Shown here in pieces: positions 38,067-47,618 of a DNA stretch of 64,000 nt (positions are counted from its first letter, which is position 1; the number at the start of each line of letters is the position of its first letter). This DNA comes from Desmospora activa DSM 45169. GTDB taxonomy: Bacteria; Bacillota; Bacilli; Thermoactinomycetales; DSM-45169. The position numbers were made by a program, and so were the translations under genes. The stretch covers positions 58,795 through 122,794 of the forward strand of contig NZ_PZZP01000004.1 of NCBI RefSeq assembly GCF_003046315.1, written 5' to 3'. The notes below the pieces were generated by a model. It saw only the letters and a list, made by a program, of their open reading frames with translations, had not been told where the DNA came from and ran no database searches.

Positions 38067-38467
38067 GATAGCACCCCCTGATCTCTGACAAAGCGAAGCG
38101 GGGCATTCACATGGATATCTCGAACCGATTTTTCTTCCAAGGCCACTTCTCCGGGAAGATCGGTTTCTGTGCGACCGGTGAAGCGAAGGGTGCAATGACC
38201 GAGATCCCGGAGCGTTTCGTTTGCTTTGCCCCCTACACTGGTCACCTCGTACTCGGTCTCGCCAAGGATAAACTTATCCCCTACCTGGATCTCGTCGTTC
38301 AATGGGGTGACGCGATGGAGCAAGGCCAAGTCATGAAGTTCCTCCGGCGCGTTCTCATGAAAGATGATCAAGGTTTTCTCCTGTTCTACAAAATCGCTTA
38401 CCATGCTGCCGATTTTCGTCACTCGGGAATCCATCAGATATTTCAATATAGACACCTCTTTTTCCAT
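38054..38467 (-). CDS. srlB: PTS glucitol/sorbitol-specific EIIA
   Basis: 137 aa. ...LRDLGHCTLRFTG... matches the SrlB (GutB) signature NLRELGHVTLRFDG. Confidence 0.8.
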   Translation of the reverse strand: MEKEVSILKYLMDSRVTKIGSMVSDFVEQEKTLIIFHENAPEELHDLALLHRVTPLNDEIQVGDKFILGETEYEVTSVGGKANETLRDLGHCTLRFTGRTETDLPGEVALEEKSVRDIHVNAPLRFVRDQGVLSCWD

Positions 38468-39468
38468 TAATCCGTGTACAGTCCAAAACTGAGGAAGTAA
38501 GCGATCAATACCGCTGCAGGGCCGGTAAATAGACGGGAGATCAGCACAGCGGGCACACCCACTTCAATGGTTTCCGGCTTGGCTTCTCCCAAGGTAAGAC
38601 CGACGGGAACAAAATCACAACCCACTTGGGGGTTAATGGCAAACAGAGCGGGTAAAGCCAGTTGCGGCGGGATATTTCCCCGTCCGATCTCCACTCCGAT
38701 GAGCACCCCTACCACCTGGGCGATAACGGCCCCCGGCCCCAACATCGGCGAGAGAAAGGGCAAGGCAGCGACTACCGAGATGATCAACAGCCCGGGGAGG
38801 CTGCCGGCAAGGGGAGAGATCGTGTTGGCGATGATATCCCCGATACCCGTATAGAGAATAATCCCAATTAAAGCGCTTACAAAAGCCATGAAAGGAAGGA
38901 TGTTTTTAATCACTTGGTCGATCGTATCCCGTCCCGACTGATAGAAGACATTGACTACGTTTCCCATCGTTTTGCCCAGCCGGTTCAACCAATTGGGCTT
39001 CACTGGGGCCGCAGCCGGCTCCGGATTCTCTTCCTGCTCAGAGACTTCCGCAGTTGCCGCCACTTCGTCCCTTGAAACGTGGGCTCCCTCCGCCAAATGC
39101 TGAATCTGTTTTACCGTGACACCGGAGACGAAGTTGTCCTCCTGGATATACCTCGCCAGGGGGCCGGAGGGAGAAGCCGCAGTAATATCCACTGTCAGCA
39201 CACCCAGCTTGGGATAGAGGCCACAGCGCGCCGTACCGCCGCAATCAATAATCACACAAGCCATTTCTTCCGGATTCACTTTGTTTTTAAAGGCATCCAC
39301 AGCTTTGCCGCCGGTCATGTCAGCGATCTTCTGCGCGACGGGATGAATACCCCCGCCTGTGATCGAGGCGATAATCGTTTTCTCCTCCGTGGGTTGAATC
39401 ATCAAGGGCCCTCCCCACCCACCGGAGCCTTTTTCCACCTTCACAGCGCGATACTCACTCATGAACAA
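38467..39468 (-). CDS. srlE: PTS glucitol/sorbitol-specific EIIBC
   Basis: 333 aa. EIIB-Gut N-terminal domain (cysteine [13 protein letters not shown]) plus EIIC-Gut membrane domain. Confidence 0.8.
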   Translation of the reverse strand: MFMSEYRAVKVEKGSGGWGGPLMIQPTEEKTIIASITGGGIHPVAQKIADMTGGKAVDAFKNKVNPEEMACVIIDCGGTARCGLYPKLGVLTVDITAASPSGPLARYIQEDNFVSGVTVKQIQHLAEGAHVSRDEVAATAEVSEQEENPEPAAAPVKPNWLNRLGKTMGNVVNVFYQSGRDTIDQVIKNILPFMAFVSALIGIILYTGIGDIIANTISPLAGSLPGLLIISVVAALPFLSPMLGPGAVIAQVVGVLIGVEIGRGNIPPQLALPALFAINPQVGCDFVPVGLTLGEAKPETIEVGVPAVLISRLFTGPAAVLIAYFLSFGLYTD

Positions 39469-39484
39469 GCCCTCCTTTTATGAA

Positions 39485-40012
39485 TCAGGATTGAACAACT
39501 CGCCGCTTCATCATGAACTTGGTGATATACTCGGTCACAATTCCCCGCAGCAGGATTACGAGTAAACCAACAATAAAGTAGCGGATGGCCAAGGGACCCA
39601 GAGACAGATTGAGCTGGGTAATCCCGGCTGCAATCCCTGTATAGACGAACAATTCTGCCGAGTTCGCGTGGGGAAATAGCCCCGTAATCGGATGGACAAA
39701 AGAAACAGCAGAATCGTAGAAGGCTGGCTTTTGGTTTTCCGGCAAAAATTTACCGAACGTATACGCCATCGGGTTAGTCAGGAAGAATACGGCCAACAAC
39801 GGAAACAGCGTATATCGCAACAATGTAAAACGGGTGCAAAAGCGGGCAAACCGGGTAATCCGCTCTTCCCCCACAAACTTGATGAAAGCATTCACCACCG
39901 TAATCAGGCAGATCAAGGTGGGAATGATTCCAGTCACCAGACCGACAAACGTTTCACCGCCTTTTTGGAACATTCCAATAAACCCTTCTGCCAGATGGAC
40001 AAAGAAATCCAT
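39485..40012 (-). CDS. srlA: PTS glucitol/sorbitol-specific EIIC2 (SrlA)
   Basis: 175 aa membrane protein (MDFFVHLAEGFIGMFQKGGETFVGLVTGIIP...), SrlA family. Confidence 0.75.
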   Translation of the reverse strand: MDFFVHLAEGFIGMFQKGGETFVGLVTGIIPTLICLITVVNAFIKFVGEERITRFARFCTRFTLLRYTLFPLLAVFFLTNPMAYTFGKFLPENQKPAFYDSAVSFVHPITGLFPHANSAELFVYTGIAAGITQLNLSLGPLAIRYFIVGLLVILLRGIVTEYITKFMMKRRVVQS

Positions 40013-40032
40013 ATCCTTTTCCCCCTTTCGGA

Positions 40033-40422
40033 TTAGACCGCTGCTCGCGTCTGACGCGCCTCCTCCACCTTTTCAACAGCCATATTGAGCGCCTGTTCCC
40101 AGGAGGTTCGCGGCTGAATCTCTTTCAAATCCTCAACCACCTTTCCCACCAGGGAGGGCTCATCACGAAAGCGAGCGAAAACGGAGACACCGGCCAATTT
40201 GCGGCAATGGGTAACCACACCCGCCGGATCGGTAACCAGGATGGCTACCGCCCCGGCCCCCCATCGGTTTTTGCGCACACCCACTCCCAGATAGCCGGAA
40301 GACTGACGCTGCAACTCAAAAAGTTGCCGCTGATAGTGGCGCGATTGCAACAATGTCAGGCTGCCCTGGATAACCCAAAACAGGACAAACAATAGAATAA
40401 ACATCCCCCATGTACCCATCAT
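40033..40422 (-). CDS. gutM: Glucitol operon activator GutM
   Basis: N-terminal TM then ...SGYLGVGVRKNRWGAGAVAILVTDPAGVV...VFARF. Start MMGTWG with RBS AAGGAGGG. Only about 12 nt separate it from the E2 stop. Confidence 0.7.
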   Translation of the reverse strand: MMGTWGMFILLFVLFWVIQGSLTLLQSRHYQRQLFELQRQSSGYLGVGVRKNRWGAGAVAILVTDPAGVVTHCRKLAGVSVFARFRDEPSLVGKVVEDLKEIQPRTSWEQALNMAVEKVEEARQTRAAV

Positions 40423-40433
40423 TTCTCCCTCCT

Positions 40434-41723
40434 TCAAACGAGCAAGATTTCCGGTTGTTCCAGCGTTTGCTTAACGGTCTGTAGGAAGCGGGCGGCAGGT
40501 GCTCCGTCCAGCACCCGGTGGTCAAAGGAGAGGCTAAAGGTCGCGATCGGGCGCAGTTTGATCTCCCCGTCAACCCCTACGGGCTTTTCCTTGATGCGGC
40601 CCACTCCCAGAATTGCAGATTCCGGCTGATTGATGATCGGTGTAAATCCATCCACTTCATACATGCCCAGATTGCTGATGGTAAAAGTGCTTCCCGACAG
40701 TTGATCCGGTGTCAACGTTTTCTCGCGGGCCGCTTGGGCCAACTCCTTGCACTCCTGGGTCAATTGAGCCAATCCTTTACGGTTGGCGTCTCGGATAACG
40801 GGAACCAGAAGCCCCTCTTCCACGGCGACGGCCAAGCCCAAGTGAATATGCGAATGGCGTAGGATCTCTTTCCCCTGCAAGGAAGCATTCACTTCCGGAT
40901 GCTGTTTTAAGGCGAAGGCGCAGGCTTTCAAAATGAGTTCTGTGTGGGACAGACGATACCCCGTCTGTTGTTCCACCACCTCCAACAACTGCTGACGTGT
41001 CTCGATGGCAGCACCCATGTCCACATCAGTAAATAAGGTAACATGGGGGGCACTAAAAGCGCTCTCCGCCATCCGTCGGCCTACGGTTTCCCTCATTCCC
41101 CGATAAGGGATGATCTCTCCTTGCGACTTTTGGGAAATCTCTCTAGACAAGGACGGCTTGTCCATTGACTTGCGGGTGGCGTATACTTCCACGTCTTCGC
41201 GGTGGATTCTCCCTTTTCGCCCTGAACCCGTCACCTCGTGTAAGAAAACCCCCAATTTTCGAGCAGTCCTGCGGGCGGAGGGAGTGGCACGAATCGTTTC
41301 CAAACCCGACAGAGGCGCTTCTGGGACTGCAACGGTAGACTTTGGCGTCGTTACGGATGCCCCTTTTGCACCACTGAACCCTTCCTTTCGGGGGAGTGCT
41401 GATGAATTTTGCCTAAGCTTGGACACAGAAGATTCCAACTCCAATTCATCTTGCTTGGATGGCCGCCCTTCTGGCACCACCTCCCCTTCCTCTCCGATAT
41501 AGCCGATCACTTCGTTAACGGCGACTTCCTCATCGGGCCCGTGAAGAATGCGCAGCAGCGTCCCCGATGTGTAGGCCTCCACTTCGATATTGATCTTGTC
41601 CGTCATCACTTCCAGAATCGGCTCCCCTTCCTCTACAGGGTCACCCGCTTCTTTAAACCATTGCAGAATTGTCCCTTTTTCCATCGTCATCCCCAACTTT
41701 GGCATCCAGATCGCTTGAGCCAT
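40434..41723 (-). CDS. acoC: Dihydrolipoamide acyltransferase E2 component of a 2-oxoacid (acetoin/pyruvate-type) dehydrogenase complex
   Basis: Lipoyl domain (EVMTDKINIEVEA), E3-binding domain, catalytic domain (SFDHRVLDGA). Confidence 0.85.
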   Translation of the reverse strand: MAQAIWMPKLGMTMEKGTILQWFKEAGDPVEEGEPILEVMTDKINIEVEAYTSGTLLRILHGPDEEVAVNEVIGYIGEEGEVVPEGRPSKQDELELESSVSKLRQNSSALPRKEGFSGAKGASVTTPKSTVAVPEAPLSGLETIRATPSARRTARKLGVFLHEVTGSGRKGRIHREDVEVYATRKSMDKPSLSREISQKSQGEIIPYRGMRETVGRRMAESAFSAPHVTLFTDVDMGAAIETRQQLLEVVEQQTGYRLSHTELILKACAFALKQHPEVNASLQGKEILRHSHIHLGLAVAVEEGLLVPVIRDANRKGLAQLTQECKELAQAAREKTLTPDQLSGSTFTISNLGMYEVDGFTPIINQPESAILGVGRIKEKPVGVDGEIKLRPIATFSLSFDHRVLDGAPAARFLQTVKQTLEQPEILLV

Positions 41724-41738
41724 GTTGTCTCCCCCCTT

Positions 41739-42725
41739 TCATATCACCTTGGCGACCATCTGTTCAATCGCCTGGACGATGTCCTCTTCCTGTGGCACGG
41801 CGGCTTTTTCCAACTGCGGATTGTAAGGGATAGGCACTTCCTTGCCACCCAGCCGAACAATGGGAGCGTCCAGATAATCGAAAGCTTCGCTCTCAGCGAT
41901 CATGCTGGCGATTTCCGCTCCGTATCCACCCCGTTTTACCGCTTCATACACCACACAGGCGCGCCCTGTCTTCTTCACCGATTGGATCATCGTCTCCTCA
42001 TCCAGCGGCACCAGGGTACGAGGGTCTACCACCTCCACCTCGATCTCTTTTTTCGCTAAGATCTCTGCCGCTTGCAAGGCTTTTGGCACCATGATGCCGG
42101 TGGCGATGACGGTGACATCTGTTCCCTTTCGTTTCACTTCCGCTTTTCCCAAAGGGATGGAGTAGGGCTCCTCTGGTACCTCGCCCTTTGTTTTGTACAG
42201 GAGTTTATGTTCATAAAAAATGACGGGGTTATCATCCTCGATGGCAGCCTTTAGCAGTCCTTTTGCATCGTAGGGAGTGGAGGGCTGCACCACCTTTAGA
42301 CCGGGTACGTGGGCCACCCATGCTTCTAGGCTTTGCGAATGTTGCGCCGCCGCCCCGGTGCCTGAGCCGGAGGGGGTGCGAACCACCATCGGCACCTTTG
42401 CTTTGCCGCCAAACATATACCGCATTTTAGCCGCTTGATTAACCAGTTGGTCCAGTGCAATGGTGATAAAGTCAGAAAACTGAAGCTCCAGCACCGGCCG
42501 CATGCCCGTCAAGGCGGAACCTGCCGCCGCACCGGCGAGGGCGGATTCGGAAATCGGCGTATCCCGGACCCGTTCTTTTCCTAGCTGTTCCTGCATACCG
42601 CGAGTAACACCGAAAGCACCGCCGTAGATACCGATATCCTCTCCAAAGAGAAAAACGTCCGCATCTGCTTCCATCGCTTGTGTCAACGCTTCACGAACCG
42701 CTTCCAAATACGTAATCTCCCGCAA
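41739..42725 (-). CDS. acoB: 2-oxoacid dehydrogenase E1 beta subunit (transketolase-like)
   Basis: 328 aa. ...[20 protein letters not shown]... E1-beta family. Confidence 0.85.
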   Translation of the reverse strand: MREITYLEAVREALTQAMEADADVFLFGEDIGIYGGAFGVTRGMQEQLGKERVRDTPISESALAGAAAGSALTGMRPVLELQFSDFITIALDQLVNQAAKMRYMFGGKAKVPMVVRTPSGSGTGAAAQHSQSLEAWVAHVPGLKVVQPSTPYDAKGLLKAAIEDDNPVIFYEHKLLYKTKGEVPEEPYSIPLGKAEVKRKGTDVTVIATGIMVPKALQAAEILAKKEIEVEVVDPRTLVPLDEETMIQSVKKTGRACVVYEAVKRGGYGAEIASMIAESEAFDYLDAPIVRLGGKEVPIPYNPQLEKAAVPQEEDIVQAIEQMVAKVI

Positions 42726-42739
42726 CAGCCATCCCTCCT

Positions 42740-43720
42740 TTATGCAAAAACATCTTCTTCCAACGACTTCAGGGGTGGAAACGGACTCTCCTCAGCGAAT
42801 CGCACCGCCTCTTCAATCTCCTCTTTCGCCTGTTTCCGAACCGCTTCCGCCCGATCTTCATCTAAGATGCCCTCCTGAATCAATTGTTCCGTGTACCGCT
42901 TAATCGGATCGCGCCTGTTTCGCCACTCCTGCTCTTCCTCGCGGGTACGGTATTTCTTGGCGTCGCTCTTGGAGTGTCCTTTCCAGCGATAGGTTTTTGC
43001 TTCGATCAGAGTGGGACCGTCTCCAACACGTGCTCGTTCAGTCGCTTCTGAGACCGCTTTCATTACTGCAAACAAATCATTACCGTCGATGGTAACGCCG
43101 GGAATGCCGTATCCCAATCCCCGCTCCGAGATATTTTTCACCCGGAACATCTCCTTGGTGGAACCGGACATGCCATACTGATTATTTTCACAGATAAAAA
43201 TAACGGGTAGGTCCCAGATCGCCGCCAAGTTGATCGATTCGTGGAAGCTCCCTTCATTGGCCGCCCCATCTCCGAAGAAACAGATAGTCACATAACCGAG
43301 ATTTTTCAGTTTAGAAGTTAGCGCCGACCCCACAGCGATGGGAATACCCCCTCCCACAATACCGTTGGCACCCAAGTTACCCAGGTCCAGATCGGCGATA
43401 TGCATCGAGCCCCCTTTTCCTTTGCAATAGCCCGTCTCCCGACCAAAGAGTTCTGCCATCATCCGCTTGACATCCGCCCCTTTGGCGATGCAATGTCCGT
43501 GTCCCCTGTGAGTACTGGTGATTTTGTCCTTCGGTTGCAACACCGCACACGCCCCAGCGGCAGTTGCCTCCTGTCCCACGCATAGGTGTGTTGTTCCGTG
43601 AATCGCCCCTTTGGCAAAAAATTCGTCCACTTTTTCGTCAAAATACCGAATCAACCACATCTGATGGAGCAATTCCGGGAGAAGTTCCCTTTTGATCGGA
43701 AGTGTATCCATGGAGATCAA
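42740..43720 (-). CDS. acoA: 2-oxoacid dehydrogenase E1 alpha subunit (TPP-dependent)
   Basis: 326 aa. TPP motif [28 protein letters not shown]. Confidence 0.85.
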   Translation of the reverse strand: MISMDTLPIKRELLPELLHQMWLIRYFDEKVDEFFAKGAIHGTTHLCVGQEATAAGACAVLQPKDKITSTHRGHGHCIAKGADVKRMMAELFGRETGYCKGKGGSMHIADLDLGNLGANGIVGGGIPIAVGSALTSKLKNLGYVTICFFGDGAANEGSFHESINLAAIWDLPVIFICENNQYGMSGSTKEMFRVKNISERGLGYGIPGVTIDGNDLFAVMKAVSEATERARVGDGPTLIEAKTYRWKGHSKSDAKKYRTREEEQEWRNRRDPIKRYTEQLIQEGILDEDRAEAVRKQAKEEIEEAVRFAEESPFPPLKSLEEDVFA

Positions 43721-43744
43721 TTTGTCTCCCCCCTCACACTTGAA

Positions 43745-43758
43745 TGTTATCGCTTACA
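43745..43758. promoter_or_regulatory. Catabolite-responsive element (cre, CcpA site) in the 5' leader of the aco/gut operon
   Basis: TGTAAGCGATAACA on the minus strand. It fits every position of TGWAANCGNTNWCA. It lies about 40 nt downstream of the predicted TSS. Confidence 0.65.
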
Positions 43759-43802
43759 TTTTACAAATGTTCATTTCAGTTACATTTGTTAAACTCACCT
43801 TC

Positions 43803-43831
43803 ATGCTATGAATTTGACAGAAGATTGTCAA
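43803..43831 (-). promoter_or_regulatory. Sigma-A promoter of the acoABC-gutM-srlAEB operon (TTGACA-17-TAGCAT). The -35 is embedded in a perfect palindrome TTGACA-gaagat-TGTCAA (43814-43831), a candidate operator.
   Basis: Minus strand: -35 ttgaca (plus 43826-43831), 17-nt spacer, -10 tagcat (plus 43803-43808). Confidence 0.55.
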
Positions 43832-43989
43832 TGGAAAATATAAGAAAAAAAGAGCCTTGTCGCTCAAGACCAACACGATTTTCTCCTCTGGATCGACGAT
43901 TTGGCCGGCCTGCAACAATTTCTACAAGAAAATGATCCCAACCCCTCCAAACCGAATGAAGCGATAGCATACAAAAACACCCCGCCGAA

Positions 43990-44019
43990 TAGCGGGGTGT
44001 TTTTGTATGCGGTTGTTTC
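43990..44019. terminator. Bidirectional rho-independent terminator (ends the DeoR-regulator/rhamnose transcript)
   Basis: aaaaacaccccgc-cgaata-gcggggtgtttttg. Confidence 0.8.
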
Positions 44020-44062
44020 AGTTGATATGGACATGATTTATCCACGCTAAATGGTATTCACT

Positions 44063-44827
44063 CTACTCCACCCTCTGCACAGGCAGTCCCCTCTCACTCA
44101 ATCGCTGCAACACCTGGGGAGAGGATTGGGTATCGGTGATGATTGCATCGATCTCTTTCCAATCTGCAAAAACGGCGAAGGTCCTTCTATCAAACTTACT
44201 GTGATCAATCAACAAGGTACTGTGGTCGGCGATGGCGATCATCCGCCGTTTCAGCTGTGCTTGCCATTCGTTGGAGTCGCTTAAACCACTTCTTAAATCG
44301 GCTCCTCCGCAGGAGAAGAACAGTTTGTTTACATGGTATCCTTCCAAGGAGCGCTCCGCCAAAGGGCCGATATACGACAAGGAACGCGGTGATAAAGCTC
44401 CTCCGGTAGAGATTACTTGGATATGCATGCGATCGGCCAATTCGACCGCCACTTTGATGGAGTTGGTTAAAACCGTCAAGGGTATATCCGACAACAACCG
44501 TGCCATTTGCCAAGCGGTGGTGCTGGCGTCAAGAAGGATGGTATCCCCTTCTTCCACTCGTTTTACCGCTTCCCGAGCAATGGCTGTCTTTTCGGTGACA
44601 TAGGTAATCTCCCGCTCCTGGAAGGATGTCTCCCGCTCCCCATTTTTCTTCAGGGTGACGGCCCCGCCGTGACTGCGGAGCAATTTCCCCTGAGACTCCA
44701 ACCGTTCCAGATCCCGACGGATGGTTTCTTCCGTCACCCCAAATCGTTTCGCCAATTCGGTGACGCGAATACTCCCCTCCCGATCGACACTCGCCACAAT
44801 CTCATGGCGCCGTTCCGCGACTAACAT
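44063..44827 (-). CDS. rhaR: DeoR-family transcriptional regulator, rhamnose operon repressor RhaR-like
   Basis: N-terminal HTH (VTELAKRFGVTEETIRRDLERL) plus DeoR C-terminal sugar-phosphate domain. Start MLVAERR with RBS GGAGGGAAGGG. Last gene of the rha operon, as for B. subtilis RhaR. Confidence 0.8.
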   Translation of the reverse strand: MLVAERRHEIVASVDREGSIRVTELAKRFGVTEETIRRDLERLESQGKLLRSHGGAVTLKKNGERETSFQEREITYVTEKTAIAREAVKRVEEGDTILLDASTTAWQMARLLSDIPLTVLTNSIKVAVELADRMHIQVISTGGALSPRSLSYIGPLAERSLEGYHVNKLFFSCGGADLRSGLSDSNEWQAQLKRRMIAIADHSTLLIDHSKFDRRTFAVFADWKEIDAIITDTQSSPQVLQRLSERGLPVQRVE

Positions 44828-44864
44828 TCCCTTCCCTCCACTACTTTGCAATTCCTGTCACTCC

Positions 44865-46331
44865 CTATCTTATCACCTTTTGAAACCGTTCATAATGGTC
44901 ATCCCAGCGTTCGGTTTGCGCTGGTTCGTAAGTTTTGCGGGGGAAAGAACGAGCAACCAACCTCCGCCCCTCTTCCAAGGAGGAGATTTCCTTGGCCGCC
45001 AGCAATTGCATCAGCAAATTACCGATGCCGCTGGCTTCCACCGGACCCGCAACTACTGGACGTTCACACGCGTTCGCCGTCCATTGGCACAGCGACCGAT
45101 TCTGTATGCCTCCCCCTACCATGTGCAACACTTCAATCTTTTTCCCGATCAATTCTTCCAACCGTTCCAACGTCCATCTGTATTTAAAAGCGAGGCTCTC
45201 GGTAACTGTTCGCAGTAGGGACCCGTCGGAGATTGGAATTGGTTGTCCGCTTTCTGAACAGGCGTTTCGGATACGGTCCGACATCGACCCCGAAGCCAAA
45301 AAGCGTCGATCATCGGGGTCAACAAAGGCAAGGAAAGGCGGTTCTTCTGCCATCAGCTCCGTCATTTCTTCCCATGTATAATCCTTTCCCTGTCTCTCCC
45401 ACTCCCGCTTAATCTCCTGCAATAACCACAACCCCATGATGTTTTTTAAAAACCGAAACGCCTCTACTCCCCCTTCATTGGTAAAATTGAGGGCAAGTGC
45501 ACGCTCGGAACAAATGAGACGATCCACTTCCGTTCCCAGCAGAGACCAGGTTCCACTGCACAGATAGGCGGAAGGCTGCGATCCGGAGGGAACCGCTGCA
45601 ACCGCTGATCCGGTATCATGAGTCGCCACCGCGATCACATTGATCCCCGTTGCTCCCAATTCCGCCGCCACCGCCGGCATCAGTTTGCCGAGATTGGACC
45701 CTGGAGAGACGACATCGGTAAACAGTTGCTCCGAGATGTCCAAGGCTTTCAGCAGAGTGGAAGACCAGGTGTTTTGCACTGGGTTGAACAGTTGGGTCGT
45801 GGTGGCGTTGGTATACTCGGTCACTTTTTGACCGGTTAAAAAATAATGAAAAAGATCGGGTATCATCAGAAGGGTATCCGCTTGCTCCAAATGTAAATCA
45901 TTCGCTTCCTTTAGCGCCGCCAGTTGGTATACAGTGTTAAAGGGGAGAAATTGAATCCCCGTCTCCCGAAAAATCTCGCCGCGCGGTATCCTTTGGGTCA
46001 CTTTTTCCATGATGCCATCGGTACGGCGGTCCCGGTAGTGAACCGGGTTTCCCAACAGGCGTCCCTTGCTGTCCAACAAACCAAAATCGACCGCCCATGT
46101 ATCGATTCCTAGGGATGCAATCGGCTCCCCTTCGTGACAAACCCGGCGAATTCCCTGTTTTACATGGTGGAATAGACGCAAAAAATCCCAATGCATCGTC
46201 TGATGCACGGTTACCGGTTCATTTGCAAACCGGACTTTCTCCTCGACTGCAAGCCGTTCTCCGTCAAATGTACCGGCCAAAAGACGTCCACTCGCCGCAC
46301 CTAAATCGACGGCCAATCCCTTCCACGCCAC
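44865..46331 (-). CDS. rhaB: Rhamnulokinase (FGGY carbohydrate kinase)
   Basis: 488 aa. AVDLGAASGR N-terminus, FGGY N and C domains. Operon context. Confidence 0.8.
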   Translation of the reverse strand: MAWKGLAVDLGAASGRLLAGTFDGERLAVEEKVRFANEPVTVHQTMHWDFLRLFHHVKQGIRRVCHEGEPIASLGIDTWAVDFGLLDSKGRLLGNPVHYRDRRTDGIMEKVTQRIPRGEIFRETGIQFLPFNTVYQLAALKEANDLHLEQADTLLMIPDLFHYFLTGQKVTEYTNATTTQLFNPVQNTWSSTLLKALDISEQLFTDVVSPGSNLGKLMPAVAAELGATGINVIAVATHDTGSAVAAVPSGSQPSAYLCSGTWSLLGTEVDRLICSERALALNFTNEGGVEAFRFLKNIMGLWLLQEIKREWERQGKDYTWEEMTELMAEEPPFLAFVDPDDRRFLASGSMSDRIRNACSESGQPIPISDGSLLRTVTESLAFKYRWTLERLEELIGKKIEVLHMVGGGIQNRSLCQWTANACERPVVAGPVEASGIGNLLMQLLAAKEISSLEEGRRLVARSFPRKTYEPAQTERWDDHYERFQKVIR

Positions 46332-46372
46332 TAACCTTCCCCCTTTCCGTTATATAACATTCAACCATTTCT

Positions 46373-47599
46373 TCACCAACTGGCCCCTCCCACGCCGCGA
46401 TCCTGGATCTTCTCTACGTAACCGCTTTCTAAAAACGCCTTCATCGGCTCCGGCGGCAGCCCCCTCTCTTCCCGTACCATGTGCAACAGGGGTTCCACAT
46501 CCTGCTCAAACGCTTCCCTCACCGCCGCTTCCGCCCGCAAGACATCCAAGTCAACCTGCGCCTCCTCCAACTCCTTCCAGTTGATGAGAAGAGCTTTGGC
46601 ATACAAGGTTTGCACATTTAACACCGACCGAATCATCGCCGGAATCTTCGGTTCAATGTTGTGACTCTGGTCGATCATATAAGCGATGCGCTCCGCCGTC
46701 CTGCGTGCACCGGCGTTTTCTTCCTCCCGTAAAGCGGCCACGATTTGATAGAAGATCAGAAAGATTTCATAGGGATTGGTGGTTCCCACAATCAAGTCGT
46801 CATCCGCATATTTACGCCCATTGAAGTGAAATCCGCCCAGCCGTTCTTCGTCTAACAGATACGCCACGAGATGTTCCACATTGGTTCCCTGGGGATGATG
46901 GCCCGTATCGACCAGAACCTCCGCCTGAGGGCCCAATTTGGTTGCCAGATTGAAAGCCATTCCCCAGTCGGCCAGATCGGTATGATAAAAAGCCGGCTCA
47001 AAAAATTTATACTCAATCAGGAGTCGCATTCCTTGATCCAGCTCCCGGTAGGTCTCTCTAAGCGCCTCCTCCATCCAGCGCTTACGCTTACGAATATCAG
47101 CCTGCCCTGGATAATTGGTGCCGTCCGCCAGCCATAAGCTGACGATGTCCGATCCCACTTCCCTGGCGATTGCGACACATTCCCGTAAATGCGCCGTCGC
47201 TTTGCGCCGGATCGCTTGATCGGTATGGGTGATGCTCCCCAACATATAATCATCATCTTGAAACAGATTTGGATTGACGGCACCGATCTTAATGCCGAGG
47301 GACTCGGTGTGTTCACGCAAGCGGCTGTAATCGTCCACTTTGTCCCAGGGGATATGAATCGCCACACTGGGGCTTAATCCGGTAAAGCGGTGCACTTGTG
47401 CGGCGTCTTCCATCTTTTCAAAGGTCGTTCGGGGAACACCCGCTTTCTTAAACACCTGAAAACGAGTGCCTGAATCCCCGTATCCCCAGGAAGGGGTCTC
47501 GATTTTAAGCTGTTTCAACCGTCGCTTCACTTCTTCCAACGATATCCCACGATCCGCTTGATGGGCTTCAAACACTTGTATCCTTGCATCGTTTATCAT
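46373..47599 (-). CDS. rhaA: L-rhamnose isomerase (Bacillus type)
   Basis: Start MINDARIQVF with RBS AAGGAGG. Collinear with B. subtilis RhaA/YulE (ISLEEVKRRLKQLKIETPSWGYGDSGTRF...). Confidence 0.8.
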   Translation of the reverse strand: MINDARIQVFEAHQADRGISLEEVKRRLKQLKIETPSWGYGDSGTRFQVFKKAGVPRTTFEKMEDAAQVHRFTGLSPSVAIHIPWDKVDDYSRLREHTESLGIKIGAVNPNLFQDDDYMLGSITHTDQAIRRKATAHLRECVAIAREVGSDIVSLWLADGTNYPGQADIRKRKRWMEEALRETYRELDQGMRLLIEYKFFEPAFYHTDLADWGMAFNLATKLGPQAEVLVDTGHHPQGTNVEHLVAYLLDEERLGGFHFNGRKYADDDLIVGTTNPYEIFLIFYQIVAALREEENAGARRTAERIAYMIDQSHNIEPKIPAMIRSVLNVQTLYAKALLINWKELEEAQVDLDVLRAEAAVREAFEQDVEPLLHMVREERGLPPEPMKAFLESGYVEKIQDRGVGGASW

Positions 47600-47618
47600 C
47601 GACCTTCCTCCTTTTGTT

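Noticed and set aside
40422-40437. ATGA translational coupling between acoC and gutM using the first ATG (MKEGE...)
   Set aside because: The sequence AAGGAGGG that would encode KEGE is itself the RBS for the downstream ATG (MMGTWG). The real gap is about 12 nt. The genes are still co-operonic, but not overlapping.
43721-44062. Sigma-54 (TGGCAC-N5-TTGCA) promoter and AcoR-type control for acoABC, as in B. subtilis
   Set aside because: No -24/-12 element is found. A good sigma-A promoter (TTGACA-17-TAGCAT) is present instead.
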